Below, piece by piece: positions 29,494 to 43,237 of a stretch of DNA of 64,000 bases. The translations under genes were made by a program, and so were the position numbers. This DNA is from Eledone cirrhosa (lineage: Eukaryota): contig OZ024748.1 of assembly GCA_964016885.1 (NCBI GenBank), positions 11,532,001-11,596,000 on the forward strand, written 5' to 3'. The notes beneath the pieces are model-generated. The model made no database searches. It saw nothing but the letters and a program-made list of their open reading frames with translations, and had not been told where the DNA came from. Every line of letters starts with the position of its first letter. Within the stretch, counting starts at the first letter, position 1.

Positions 29494-30198
29494 TTTGAAG
29501 GTGGCGTTGTTACCGTTTAGCTCCAGGTCAGTAAACGATCAAAAACATTCTAGATATGATATGGTCAACCATCATTTGTTAGGACATTATGTATCTAGGA
29601 TTACATCACCCAGTGTGTTCTTCCCTATATAAAACAGTATGGTTACATTTGGAAAATATTTAATTCTTATTTCTAACAGGTCAGACGACTACCAAAATGG
29701 CGCCCATGCTGGCTCATAATTTGGAATGTAATATGAACAGGACATGTAAGGTATGACGTAAGCATTTTCTGACATCATTTCCATGTGTAGGTTTTGCTTC
29801 CACTTTTTAATAAGGAAACTATGGCATTACTGTAGTAACACAAACACCTTACTACACCGACGTCATGTAAACACGTTTCATTGTTTCAGACATACATACT
29901 TACATAATACATACATACATACATACATACTTACATAATACACGCATACATACATACATACATACATACATACATACATACAAACATACATACATACATA
30001 CATACATACATACATACATACATACATACATACATACATACATACATGTACTGTTACTTTATATGAAAGGGCATTATATGGATCGGTGTGTATATTCATA
30101 TATACACATATATACGTATATGTATATACATATATATATATAAATATAAATATATAAACACATATATACACACACATATATACATACAAATGCGTGTG

Positions 30199-30234
<36 letters not shown>

Positions 30235-30338
30235 CATACATATATATATATATATTTATGTGTATGAATGTACGTTTGTATGTATATATATGTGTGTATA
30301 TATATATAATATATATATATATATACATACATATATAC

Positions 30339-30488
<150 letters not shown>

Positions 30489-30500
30489 ATATATATGTAG

Positions 30501-30533
<33 letters not shown>

Positions 30534-30746
30534 TGTATGTATGTATGTATGTATGTATGTATGTATATCCGCTAATACTGTTAGATCATAAAAGCTAAAA
30601 CTGGTATTACTCTATCGTTGCAGCACTCCCTGAAGATGGCAGATATTTTTGATCAAGAAAGGTCAAGGAATTGAGTCAGTCTTAATAAAGCGTAGGATAG
30701 ACAACAAACATTTATCCTTAATCTTATATATATATATATACATACA

Positions 30747-30836
<90 letters not shown>

Positions 30837-30982
30837 GTATATGTATATACATATATATATATATACATATATATACATACATATATATAAATATATATAT
30901 ATATATATACACATATACATTTGTATATACATATATATATATATATAAATATAAATATATGTATATATATATATATATATAT

Positions 30983-31040
<58 letters not shown>

Positions 31041-31302
31041 GTATATATATATATACATATGTGTGTGTGTGTGCACGTGTATATACCTACAAGTCGTCCA
31101 ATAGACGTATAGATGGATATACAGAAAAAAGTATATTCCCAAGATACAAATCAAAATAGACGCTGTTGCGAAGACATTTTCATATTAAAATATTCTACTG
31201 TAACATTAAATAGGAAAACCGAATTTATTTCTGCATACTGAAACAAGCGTTGTTCTTTACTTAAATATCATCCAGATACTGTGGCTTGACGTAGCTAATT
31301 TT

Positions 31303-31682
31303 AGATGGAGGAGAAAGTGGAGTAAATCCACCCCAGTGCATTACTGGTACTTTATTTTATCGACCCCGTAAGGATGAAAGGCAAAGTTGACCTCGGCATG
31401 ATTTAAACTCAGAATGTAAAGAGACGCAATTCTATGCCACAAAGAATGTTGTCCGATGCCCTACCGATACTGCCAATCCACCGCCATAATAACTGTTTCT
31501 ACTTTTAGTACAAGGCCAGCAATTACCTCAATATATTACTGGTACTTTATGTTATCGACCCCATAAGGATGAAAGGCAAAACTAACCTCGGCGGGATTTG
31601 AACTCAGACTGTAAAGGGGAATAACTCTATGCTGCAAAGAATGGTTTCCGACGCTCTACTGATACTGCCAATTCACTGCCCT
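31303..31682 (-). mobile_element. Two tandem tRNA-derived SINE copies
   Basis: Two central domains and two heads (ggcggtggattggc, ggcagtgaattggc). Confidence 0.85.
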
Positions 31683-32472
31683 AATAATAAAAGAAACATG
31701 TTTGAACGCAAAATCTTAATTACAGACTTTTCCAGACATCTAAAATTTTCTAGGCGTGTTCGTTACATTAAAACCAAAAGAAAACAAAATATATTTTAAA
31801 ATCCTCTTGTGTGTAGAGTAGTTTAAAGTCAGTGCGTTTAATCAGAATGTAGAAACATGTTTTTCTTGGGGAAATTCAGACTGAAAATAAATCATAATTT
31901 TATTTATGTCTGACAGTTGAGTATAATTCGATAGATCTGATGAAACGAGGATTGTCTTTGTATGTCTGGAGTTTGTTTTATATTGTTGAAAGATGTTAGC
32001 AAAACAGAGTCTCGGCTTCTCAGCTTTTTGGCATAGAGCTTTTTCTGGGAGATAGACACCAATATGTTGATGTCAACAACGTATTAGTCTCCCCAAACCC
32101 AACCCCATACACACTACAGACTACACACATCACAGCCACCACAATACTACCACACCACACACACACCTTTGATCCCTCCTCTGATCCTCCTATCTACTAT
32201 CAAGTAGACAAACCACAAATATCAGCAGACAAACTCAACATTACGTGAGGAGCCATAACAAATGTGTCTGAATGCACTCATACAATCTGCTAGAAATAGC
32301 AGCCAAATCTCTCTTAAATCTTTAAAAAAAACGGAGAACACCTTGGATAATATAGTCCTAGATACACAATGTTTGGCTGTAGACATAACTGGGTGGTTAT
32401 GAAGTTCGTTTCGCAGTCAAGTGAACCATGGCATTTTGGGCAAGTATCTCTTTTATTATAGCCAAGAGTCGG

Positions 32473-32835
32473 CTTAAGAGGCGGTGAATTGGTAGAGTCG
32501 TTACAGTCAAGGGTCGACTTAAGAGGCGGTGAATTGGTAGAGTCGTTATAGCCAAGGGTCGACTTAAGAGGCGGTGAATTGGTAGAGTCGTTACAACGTC
32601 AGATAGAATGCTTTCAGTATTCGTTCCAGGTCTCTGCTCTCTGAGTTCATATCCCGCCGAAGTCAACTTTGCCTGTCCTTCTTTCGAGGTCGATAAAAAA
32701 ATGTACCAGTCTAGTACTGGGGTCAATACTTCCTCTATATCTTTTTCTCACTTCTTCTATCACTCTCTCTATCTTTCTCTGGAAGAAATCTGTTGTATTC
32801 AGAGCTGGGGAGGGGATGGGCTCCAACAGGTTTTT
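32473..32835 (+). mobile_element. Long-tail SINE variant with a triplicated 5' head
   Basis: cttaagaggcggtgaattggtagagtcgtta occurs three times at ~45-bp spacing before the body. Confidence 0.8.
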
Positions 32836-33595
32836 AAAAAAAAGACCAAGAAACGCCGTATGCCACTACTGCACCGCTACAACTCCATTAGGAGATGCGG
32901 GACTAAGAAGAAGAAGGATAGACCCAAAGCATGTGAATGAAACTGTATAGATGAAAACTTCTTCTTCTTCTTCTTTAGATTCTATTGCTCTCTATGGAGC
33001 ATTGGGTGACGAGATATCTCCATTCCTACGATAGTAATCCTTGTCACGGGGCCCTGGCCTGCTCCCAGTCTAGGTATAATCATCGTTTCTGTAGCAATTT
33101 TGATTAATGGAGACTAAAGTTGCTAGTCTCATACTTACATACTTCCCCCTTTCTCAGGCAAATTCAACAAACCAACTTTATTAACTTCGGTAACAATATC
33201 CTATAGAACAAATTCTTAGAAACCACAAGGTCATACCCTTAACATATGGAATCCTGTAACGTCTTTACAGCTATTTTACAACTGTATTTAACGATGCCGC
33301 GAAGATCAACGCGGAACTATATTATCACCAAACCCTCTACTAAACTAACCAGTATATGGTAATGTGATAGACTCTGTCCAGACTTACAACTTATGATAAA
33401 CACATTCAGATAAACATATCCCGCTGAAGGTACTAACATTTATCCAGTTAAACAGATGTATAAAGATATGCACGCATAGATTTCAAATCTATCTATCTAT
33501 CTATCTATTTATTTTATTTATCTATCAATCTCTAATTATCTCTCTCTCTCTCCCTCTCTCTCATTCTCTCCCCTTCTCTCTCCATACATATATAT

Positions 33596-33745
<150 letters not shown>

Positions 33746-35134
33746 GTGTTTGTAACATTATCATTTGGTTGTATTTAGTGGTTTTAAAATATGATTTGTG
33801 TTTGTGGCCAGACTGGGGCATTATTTTCTAAAATAATGTCGATGCATTGTCCCCAAAACATATTTTTATCGACTTCTTATGAAAGAAAGATACTGTTGAC
33901 CTGGTTCAGAATTGAACTCAGAATATAAAGAGTTACTTTACCCTCGTTACTACCAATTCTGTCATTCCACTCCATATTTGTATATATATATATATGTGTG
34001 TGTGTGGGGGGAGGGGAGTTTGCTTGTATATATGTGTATATGTATGTTTGAAAAGATGTATTATGTATGTATGCGTTTGTTTGTGCGTATGCAAGCATGT
34101 ATGTGTTTGTTTGCATGCATGTATGTATGTTTGTTTGCATGTATGTATGAACGTATGTGTGTATGAGTATATGTATGCATATATTATGTTTGTGTTTATT
34201 TAATGTGTGTGTATACATGTATGTATGTACGTATATATGCATGTATGTATGCACTTATTTGTTCGTGTACATATCTATAAGTATATATATGCATATATGT
34301 ATGTGTTTGTATATGTATGTCGCATGTAGGTATGTATGAGTAGGTGTATGCATAAATGTATGTATGTGTTTGTAAGTGTATTTACGTATGTATGTATGTG
34401 TTTATATGTGCATGTATGATGTATGTATATATGTATGTATGCATGAATGAATGTATGTATGCATGCATGAATGTATGTATATATGTATATATGCATGTAT
34501 GTATGCATGTATGTATGAGTATAGTATGCATATATGAATGCATGTATGTTTGAGTATACATATATATGTATATATTTATGTATGAATCAATATGTATGTA
34601 TGAGTGTAAATATGTGTTTTTATGTTTGTTTATATATGTGTTTATATGCCTATTTTCTTGTATGTATATACCACTGGTAATAGTAAAACTGCACACCAAA
34701 CTGTCATTCTATTCAATATTCAATTCACCTTATCTAAGAATTAAGATGTCGGACTCTACACACAAGAAAGATCGTATATAGAAACGGCTTTTCCCCAGTG
34801 CTGTATACATCTTCAACAAACGAAGAATCCAGTCTTATCCGTATAAAACTCTCTATTATATTTCCTTCAGACTTATCTCTGTTAGGTGAGCTATCAATCG
34901 TCTGCATTTCGTATTTGAATATTATGATACGGAATTTCAATGACAATGTCAAAATACTGCAAATCAATTCTTTTCTTGTCTATATACATAACTAACTAAA
35001 TGTTTATATGTGTATAAGTATACATGCATATATATATATATATATATATATATGCATATAGAGATATAGAGATATATACATATAAATATATGTGTGTGCC
35101 TATGTATATATAATATATTTATAATATATGTTTG

Positions 35135-35268
<134 letters not shown>

Positions 35269-35377
35269 TGTCGATTGTTTTGTCCATTTAAATAGAGATT
35301 CAAAAGAGATATCTGGGGCGAGTATATATGTATTTCTATATAATAGAACACATTACTATAGACTATTATATATTATA

Positions 35378-36259
35378 CTAGCAGTAAAGCCCGGCGTTGC
35401 TCGGGGCTGTTCAGTAGCTGTGTAAAAGTTACAATGTTAAGTTCCTTTCTTGGCTTAAAAACTGTAGAGTCTACAGTGTAGACTTACATGTGGTACTTTT
35501 GATTAATATTCCCTCAACCAACAGTATGCCTTATGAAGTTAAGAAAACATAACCATAACCCGAATGTTAAAACAAAAGAGGATGCTGGGAATAAAAACTG
35601 CACTGGTAATCTATTAACAAAAATCGAAAATGTAAATACTGCAACACTTGTCTCAGAGAAAAACATCAGCTTAACCAAACTATCAGTTATTTTGAAACAT
35701 TGAAACAAAGAAATTGGATGGTCATGAAAAACAAAACAAAACATACGTTATCTGTCTGTCGTTTAAAATTATTGCTTCTAAATGAAAATCTCATAAGGCT
35801 TTATTCAAGATCAATGCTTCTTTTTACAAAATATTTTCTTGTTTTACGGTGTATTCAAATAGGCTTGTTTTCAAGTAAAGATATTGTTTTAAAAGACTTT
35901 TTAATGGAAATAAAGCAAAATGGAAGCTTAATGTTGAAACTTCGAACTCATGAATTTTGCAGGTTAAAATGTTGCTGGTCCGAAAACTGTTCGCGTATTT
36001 TTGTAGACGTCATAGATGACGCCATAAAAAGGAAATAACTCGTCTCTCATCTCTATTTATACATTTGAACTGAAAAATCAATACATTACAAATTCGATTT
36101 TTGCACTTGGCATGGGTCGATTTGAAAATGTTTTTGACCGATGTCTCCGCCGGACTTTCATCTATAAGTGTAGCAATTTCACCGAAATTTGAACGTACGG
36201 TTTAGGAGGAGATGTATGCTGACCGTTTTAGTAGACAGACAGACAGACAGACAACCTCA

Positions 36260-36272
<13 letters not shown>
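35378..36272 (-). mobile_element. Non-autonomous Helitron
   Basis: The minus-strand 3' end is hairpin cccgagcaacgccggg, 8 nt, then CTAG followed by T. The 5' end is tatataaaactgaggtt(gtct)n, merging into (TA)n so that the terminal TC is not visible. Confidence 0.75.
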
Positions 36273-36308
<36 letters not shown>

Positions 36309-36857
36309 CTGCATATGTTTGTGGGCGTGTGTGCATGTGTGTATATGTGTGTATATGTGTGTATAGGTATGTGTTTTTGTTTGTGTGTGTGAGTGTCAGT
36401 GTGTGTATATGAGTGTATTTGTGTTTATATGTGTATGTATATGTGTGTCTATATGTGTGTTTGTGTTTATATCTGTATCTATATGTGTGTATTTGTATGT
36501 ATATGAGTATCTATATGTATGTGTTTGTATTTATATCTGCATGTATATATGTGTATTTGTGTATATATATGTATATGTGCGCATGTGTGTGTATATATGT
36601 ATATATGTGTGTGTGCATTCGTGTGTATATGTATGTATATATGTGTATTTGTGTAGATATATGTATGTATATGTGTATATTTGTGTACATATATGTATAT
36701 ATGTGTATGTATTTGTATATATATATATATGTATGTATGTATGTATATGTGTGTATTAGTGTGTATATCTATATCTGTATGTGCGTATTTGCATTCATAT
36801 ATGTATGTATATATGTGTATTTATTTGTATATATATATGAATGTACATGTGTGTATT

Positions 36858-36954
<97 letters not shown>

Positions 36955-37363
36955 GTACATGTGTGTAGGAGTGTACGTGTGTCTACAACAGTCTATATTG
37001 TCATATATACTCTATATATTCATACATTGCTATTTTCACTGCCGTTTAACAATAACTCTAACCCTAAACTGCTATAACCGTCTTATCAAATATATTTACT
37101 AATGTTCTATTTATATTCCGTCACACTATTGCATTACAATTCCCTTATAACTCTATCGACTCTCAGAAATCAATATCCATACAATAAATAATCGATATTT
37201 ATCAATGCACACCTCAGCTCGTTTAGAAACAGAGGGGGTTTCCACTGAACGTGCTGAGTCAAAATGATATTCAAAATTATTTAAATTAATTAGAGCTATG
37301 ACAACAATGCTTCTATGTCATTATAATAGAACAGCATAGCGGATTCTGAAATATACAATACAG

Positions 37364-37482
<119 letters not shown>

Positions 37483-37665
37483 ATATATATATATATACAT
37501 ACATGTATATACACACATATATATACATATATATATATATACACAGACACACACACAGACATATACACACACATATATATATCTATATCTAAGTATGTAT
37601 ATATACACAGGAGTCAATTTTAAACAGTTATATTAGGTTCACGCTTGGTGGAAGTGGAAGAGAGG

Positions 37666-37701
37666 TTTCAACGTTTCGGACAGAAGTCCTTCTTTAGGAA
37701 A
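37666..37701 (-). ncRNA. Decayed minimal hammerhead motif in a dispersed repeat (related copy at 1500-1570)
   Basis: tttc-CTAAAGA-a-ggac.ttct.gtcc-GAA-ACGT-T-gaaa. The core G5 is replaced by A, so it is probably inactive. Confidence 0.45.
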
Positions 37702-37781
37702 GTTCGGATAAGGAGGGAACAGATACATATTAGAGTAATTAGAGTAGTGTGAGACGCTTAGGGAAGGATTTTAAATATATG

Positions 37782-37905
<124 letters not shown>

Positions 37906-38489
37906 AAGTGCTGTAGTTTGCTTGAAGCATTGTGGAATATGAGATACTAATACAAGACAGCGAATTCATGGAATCGTTAGAACGTCAGATAGAATGCTTT
38001 GGGGTAATAGTTTCGGCTCTCTGATCTCAGAGCACAAATACCACCGAAGTCTGCTTTGCCTTTCGTCCATTCGAGGACAACATATATGACATACATGCAA
38101 ATACACACATATACATACGGATATATACACAAATACACGCATATACATACATATATACACACAAATACAAACATTTACATACACATATATACAAATACAC
38201 ACATATACATAGACATATACACAAATAGACACATATACATACACAAATACACACATATACATACATATATACATACACAATTCACACAAAATTTGTTGAG
38301 CATCGGATAAAAATGTCATTGCGTAATTGTTCTGACTATTTATATTCTGAATTCATATCCCTCCGAGGTTAACTTTGATTTTTATCCAATCGAGATCAAC
38401 AAAAAAAAGAAATGTACCAGTCTAATAGTGAGGTCGATTTTTTTCCTTTATAGATTGTTCTCAAACCCATTCTGTCACTCACTATCTTT

Positions 38490-39011
38490 AATAATAATAA
38501 TGGAATTATTGTGTACAGTGCTCAAGTGCACTACAACTCATCAAAGGTGCATATATAGTACATAGAATAACGTACAAATGTCAGAAAAATGAACAGTGTA
38601 CGAGTCATGAAATACATGTGTGCGTGTGTATGGAGGAGGGGGACATCAGGTGTAGATGTTGGCGAATCTCAGGAAGCATGGAGGTTTTAAAGGATGCAGT
38701 GTCTCGACAGCTAACAACTGATGCAGGGAGTTTGTTCCATGGAGGTTTCAAAGGATGCAGTGTCTCGACAGCTAACAACTGATGCAGGGAGTTTGTTCCA
38801 TGGAGGTTTTAAAGGATGCAGTGTCTCGACAGCTAACAACTGATGCAGGGAGTTTGTTCCATGGAGGTTTCAAAGGATGCAGTGTCTCGACAGCTAACAA
38901 CTGATGCAGGGAGTTTGTTCCATGGAGGTTTTAAAGAATGCAGTGTCTCGACAGCTAACAACTGATGCAGGGAGTTTGTTCCATGCTTCAGCAACACTGA
39001 GCGTGAAAAAA
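38490..39011 (-). mobile_element. CR1-like LINE 3' end with an internal 61-bp tandem array
   Basis: With the array collapsed, the minus strand encodes FFTLSVAEAWNKLPASVVSCRDTASFKTSM, matching the CR1 ORF2 C-terminal FF..RV...WN.LP..VV.....FK pattern. (TTA)n tail. Confidence 0.75.
38677..38981. repeat. 61-bp minisatellite, 5 copies
   Basis: Units start at 38677, 38738, 38799, 38860 and 38921. Confidence 0.95.
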
Positions 39012-39310
39012 ATCTGGAAGAAATCTACTGAAGTCAAATCTGGAGAGGGGATGGGTTCTGCCAGGTTTAAACATAAACATTAATCAGTAAGATAAACGAC
39101 TTCGTGTTATATACGATATGCACAATAAGTAATGAGTTTTTATTTCTAATAATACAAACCTGATTACATCATTGAGTGAGTAAGGAAATGGCCGAAGCTG
39201 CACCTATTCTCTTCTACTAGCTTCGTAAACCTATATATATATAAACATATAATACATATATATATATATACATTTACACACATATATGGGTGCGTGTATA
39301 TATATATATA

Positions 39311-39426
39311 TAGGAAAAGAGTCAGGACCCCGACGGCTGAGCTCCGTCTATTTTCCTATTACCCCTAAGTATTGAGTACTCTGGTGCGTTATGGTCCACC
39401 TGGTATCTTACCACACCCTCTTTGTC
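39311..39426 (+). mobile_element. Diverged Family A element with a short inverted arm
   Basis: taggaaaagagtcaggaccccgacggctgagctc joined to the tail ...cctaagtattgagtactctggtgcgttatggtccacc. Confidence 0.7.
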
Positions 39427-39630
39427 ATATATACATATATATATATATATATGTGTGTATTTAAATATATACACATACATATACATACGTACAATACCGG
39501 TACAGTGAACATGTACTAATAGCAATCTATAGGTTCCATGGAAATTAAAAAGAACTCAGCTGACTTACGAAACTTGATATTATATACAAGAAAGATAAAG
39601 AGACTTCAATTAAGATTCGTCACGCAAAGA

Positions 39631-40040
39631 CCAACACCCAATACCCAACACACTAGCCATACACCCAACACACAACACCCAACACACTAGCCATACACCC
39701 AACACACAACACCCAACACACTAGCCACACAACACCCAACACACAACACCCAACACACTAGCCACACAACACCCAACACACAACACCCAACACACTAGCC
39801 ATACAACACCCAACACACAACACCCAACACACTAGCCATACAACACTCAACACACAACACCCAACACACTAGCCATACAACACTCAACACACAACACCCA
39901 ACACACTAGCCATACAACACTCAACACACAACACCCAACACACTAGCCATACAACACCCAACACACAACACCCAACACACTAACCATACAACACCCAACA
40001 CACAACACCCAACACACTAGCCATACAACACCCAACACAC
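39631..40040. repeat. 35-37-bp CA-rich minisatellite, about 11 copies
   Basis: Unit acacccaacacacaacacccaacacactagccataca. Confidence 0.92.
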
Positions 40041-40495
40041 AAGACCCAACACTCTAGCCCGCCACATTTCACAACGATTATATTTACAACTTTTGTGTTC
40101 ACACACGCAGAAATTCTACTAATAGAGAACTAATCAGCATACCAAAAATAGATTATCGACAAAAACAAATTAATTTGATTAGCATGAGGAATGTCATCGT
40201 CTAACGGTCATATTCTACACAACCAATTCCGTCACACAATCACACGTGGTCTTATTTCTCTATGTTTGTTGTCTTTTGTTGTAGGTTTTCACTATTTTTC
40301 TTCACATACATGAATAATGTATTTTAAAAACACGTTAAATTCATAATTCACCATTTTAGGATTACGAAGCTAACTTAACCAATCGGGCTTAGTGTCTTGT
40401 ACAATATATATATATATATGTGTGTGTGTATATATATATATATATTTATAGTGACGAAACATAAGTCAATTGCATGAACTCATAATCCTTTATTT

Positions 40496-40551
40496 ACTGC
40501 TATATATATTTCGATGATAGCCATTGAATGGCTATGACCTCATCAGGCAGT
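40496..40551 (-). ncRNA. Type I hammerhead ribozyme (Family E)
   Basis: actgc-CTGATGA-ggtcatagccatt.c.aatggctatcatc-GAA-ATATATAT-A-gcagt, followed by aaataaa. Confidence 0.8.
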
Positions 40552-40856
40552 TAGTCAGTTCTTAGATATGCCAGCTCTGTGTTTATAGTGTTGATGGTAT
40601 CAGAGCCTTGGGACATATGAGCTTGTTAGGAATAATTTAATGTTGTCAGCAGGAATAGTCTTAATTCTCATTGGTCAGTTTGTAGTTGCTAGTAGGGTTG
40701 GTATTTGACCTCAAAGAGGCAGGTGGTGTTGTAAAGTTCAAACCGCCAGGCAAGATGACAATAGTTCCATATGACTGATTTTCACAAAAAGCATTCCTGG
40801 TCAGATATATATTCAATTAAGGTTAATAGTATGAAATAGATACTACAGGTCATTCT

Positions 40857-41140
40857 TAAATTGAGGAATGTATGTGGAGTGGTGCTACTTAAAATTATGG
40901 TTAGAGTAGAAAATTTACAAATAAAAAGACTTATGTAGGTTGGCTTGCACGTACACTCACACCCACCTCCACAGACACACACACATACAAATTGAGGGAT
41001 TAATGTGGGGTGGTAATACTTAAAATAATGGTTAGAGTCAAATACTTAGATAGTTTAGAAAATTTAGAAATAAAAGGCTTATGTTGGTTGACTTGTACAT
41101 ACACTCAGACCTACCCCCTCAGACACACACACATCTACAC
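40857..41140. repeat. Local ~135-bp tandem duplication, diverged
   Basis: aaattgagg..atgtgg.gtggt..tacttaaaa..atggttagagt occurs twice. Confidence 0.7.
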
Positions 41141-41585
41141 ACACAAATCCATACAGGTGTGTATATATACATATGTACGCACAAGTATATATATATATAT
41201 AAAATACATATATACATATAAAATATATATATATATAAAATATATATATATAAAATATATATACATATATAAAATACATATATATATAAAAAAAAATATA
41301 TATATATATATACTTATAAAATACATATATATATATATAAAATACACACATATACACATACAAAATACATACATATATACATATAATACATATACATATA
41401 TATAAAATCAGGTTCAATAAAACGTGGTTTTGATGACTCCTAACCAGTAGAGGATCCGGTGGACCATCCACCATAGGGACCACAAACTATGGGTGGTTGT
41501 TGTTGTCCATTGGTCATTGGTACGGGGTGTAGGGGACCTACAGGGGGGGGGGGGGGGGGGCGTTGTGGGATGCCTTAACCGGGGT

Positions 41586-42029
41586 TTATCCATATAGCTT
41601 GAGGAAAGTTTCCGTCCTTATGTGTCTGCAGGCACCGAATAAGTCAGCCCTTCTGTTTAATAGCTTGGTTCCGCCATGAAGTATCTCGAGTGTCTCACTA
41701 AGACAGAGGTTGCAAATACCAGACGCGCCTCTGTCTGGGGGAACCTTTCTAACCACGGACCATACCAGAGAGTGCGGGGTCTTTTCAAGTTTGAGCTTCC
41801 AGATCAATTCAGAAAGGGCCGTACATTTCCTCTTATCTATTCTGTTAAAGGAATGGCGATGGTTATACCACCGATCTTTGAAGCTCGTCGCTGTGGATCC
41901 TATGTAGTGGTGTTCCGAGTTAGGGGTTGTGACCTTGCACCTGTAGACTACGTTTTTCGTCATGCATTCATTACTGAGGGGGCATAGTGATGGGTCTCTG
42001 CAATTACATGACTTCTTAAGCCCCACCAC
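41586..42029 (-). pseudogene. PLE GIY-YIG endonuclease domain
   Basis: CNCRDPSLCPLSNEC (Cys-rich Neptune-type linker), VVY...YIG.T..SFKDRWYNH, TALSELIWKLK, CNLCLSE, LLNRR.DLFGACRH. Confidence 0.9.
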
Positions 42030-42079
42030 ATGTACCGCGTGGTTACCATCACTCGGAGTTGACTAGGTAGCCTCCGCAA

Positions 42080-42541
42080 TCAGCACAGGGTCGTTGGGTT
42101 CCGGTGTGCTAGTTGGGCCTGTCCGGGTTCCGGTGCGTCCCGCGTGCTGGTTCTGTTGGGTGACTCCTGTTGGGTGACTCCGGGGTTTACGGTGGTATTA
42201 GAGGCAGTGAGCCTATTCCTATTTATGCCAGCTATGTGCTGGGCTACGGAGCGTGTGTTTGAGTAGGAAAGTTTCACCGTGTACCTGTTGAATATTTGAT
42301 GGTACTTGTGGGCCCTATGGAAACATTTATCCAGTACTCTAAAGAATGTTCTAGCCAGGCTGGTACGTAGACCCACCGAGTTCGGAGGGTTATACCATGT
42401 GACCTTCCTGGTCCTATTCTTGCGGGGTTGTTGGGTGTCCGCCGTGGGCCATCGCGTGGTTGTGCACAGCTCAGGTCGAGCTCGGTTGGTGTCTCTCAGG
42501 TGTGCGGAGCGGTCACTATCATGAGGGTTATATAGGCCCAC
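42080..42541 (-). pseudogene. PLE RT-thumb/linker region fragment, frameshifted relative to the endonuclease
   Basis: RKVTWYNPPNS...FFRVLDKCF...YHQIFNRYTVKLSYS, a motif set typical of Neptune-like PLE ORFs upstream of the endonuclease. Confidence 0.8.
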
Positions 42542-42751
42542 CGTGGGGCTATAAACCTGCGAGGTGCGGCCTCCCTGCTCAATTAGGGTTCGGCGGGTGG
42601 TGGGGCCGGTGCAGGGGTGCCTATTCTCCGCAGCACTGTGGTCTTCAGCGTTGTATTAGACCGGTGGGGTATGCGGGACCTTCTACCGGGGGTGGTGACG
42701 GATAAGGATCTGGGAGTGTTACTACTGGTCACAGAGGTATTAGTATATATA

Positions 42752-42787
<36 letters not shown>

Positions 42788-42800
42788 TTCATTGTTTTAA

Positions 42801-42870
<70 letters not shown>

Positions 42871-42875
<5 letters not shown>

Positions 42876-42945
42876 GAAAAAACGAGGAAGTTTCGTTTAC
42901 ATATAAAAAATATTTATTGCATATCGACCTGTTACGTGCGTTTCG
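42871..42945 (-). mobile_element. (TA)n-anchored fragment with a hammerhead 3' half (second copy at 49513-49570)
   Basis: Minus strand reads gc-GAA-ACGCACGT-A-acaggtcgatatgcaataaata. Both copies share the downstream ~60 bp. Confidence 0.6.
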
Positions 42946-42959
42946 CAGAGGATTGGCTC

Positions 42960-43237
42960 AGGGTGACCCATAGGAGTTATGGATCCGACTCCAGTATCGA
43001 TCTGCTCCTCAGACTGGTGAAGCGACTGAGAGTACAAAACTTGCCCCTGCACAGGAGGCCAATCAATCACATGTTTAAATCCCCAGCTATTGCTGGCACT
43101 CATTTTCAGCTGAGTATACTGAAGCAACGTGAAATGAATTGTTTGCTCAAGAACACAACACACAACCCAGTCCAGGAATCAAACTCCCCACATAATGATC
43201 GCAAGTCCAAAACCCTTACCACTAGGCTACGCTCCCT
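42960..43237 (-). mobile_element. tRNA-derived SINE of a second family (CORE-like domain), partial relative at 63730-63816
   Basis: Minus strand has A-box tagcctagtgg and B-box gtttgattcc, then ttgagcaa...actcagctgaaaatgagtgcc. Confidence 0.75.

Larger units (their letters stand above)
38290..39068 (+). mobile_element. Long-tail SINE split by a CR1-like insertion
   Basis: The SINE body 38290-38489 stops at ...actatcttt and resumes at 39012 with tctggaagaaatctactg...ggagaggggatgggttctgccaggttt. Confidence 0.65.
41405..42803 (-). mobile_element. 5'-truncated Penelope-like retroelement (Neptune type), between (TA)n tracts
   Basis: Contains post-RT linker and GIY-YIG coding fragments in different frames. 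GC-rich island bounded by TA repeats. Boundaries are approximate. Confidence 0.85.

Noticed and set aside
30626-30670. Hammerhead-like CTGAAGA...GAAAggTC (similar weak cases at 1625-1680, 2797-2832 and 7002)
   Set aside because: Stems or core bases are disrupted. They may be decayed copies but cannot be distinguished from chance by eye.
34740-34825. RYRNGFFPSAVYIFN-like LINE C-terminal motif
   Set aside because: It needs two frameshifts to read, and no second copy is present.
38677-38981. CRISPR-like regular array (likewise 39631-40040 and 7111-7361)
   Set aside because: No unique spacers, no cas genes, and a eukaryotic context. These are plain tandem repeats.
43165-43237. tRNA gene
   Set aside because: A and B boxes are present but run into a SINE body with no clean cloverleaf or terminator. 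It is a SINE head.
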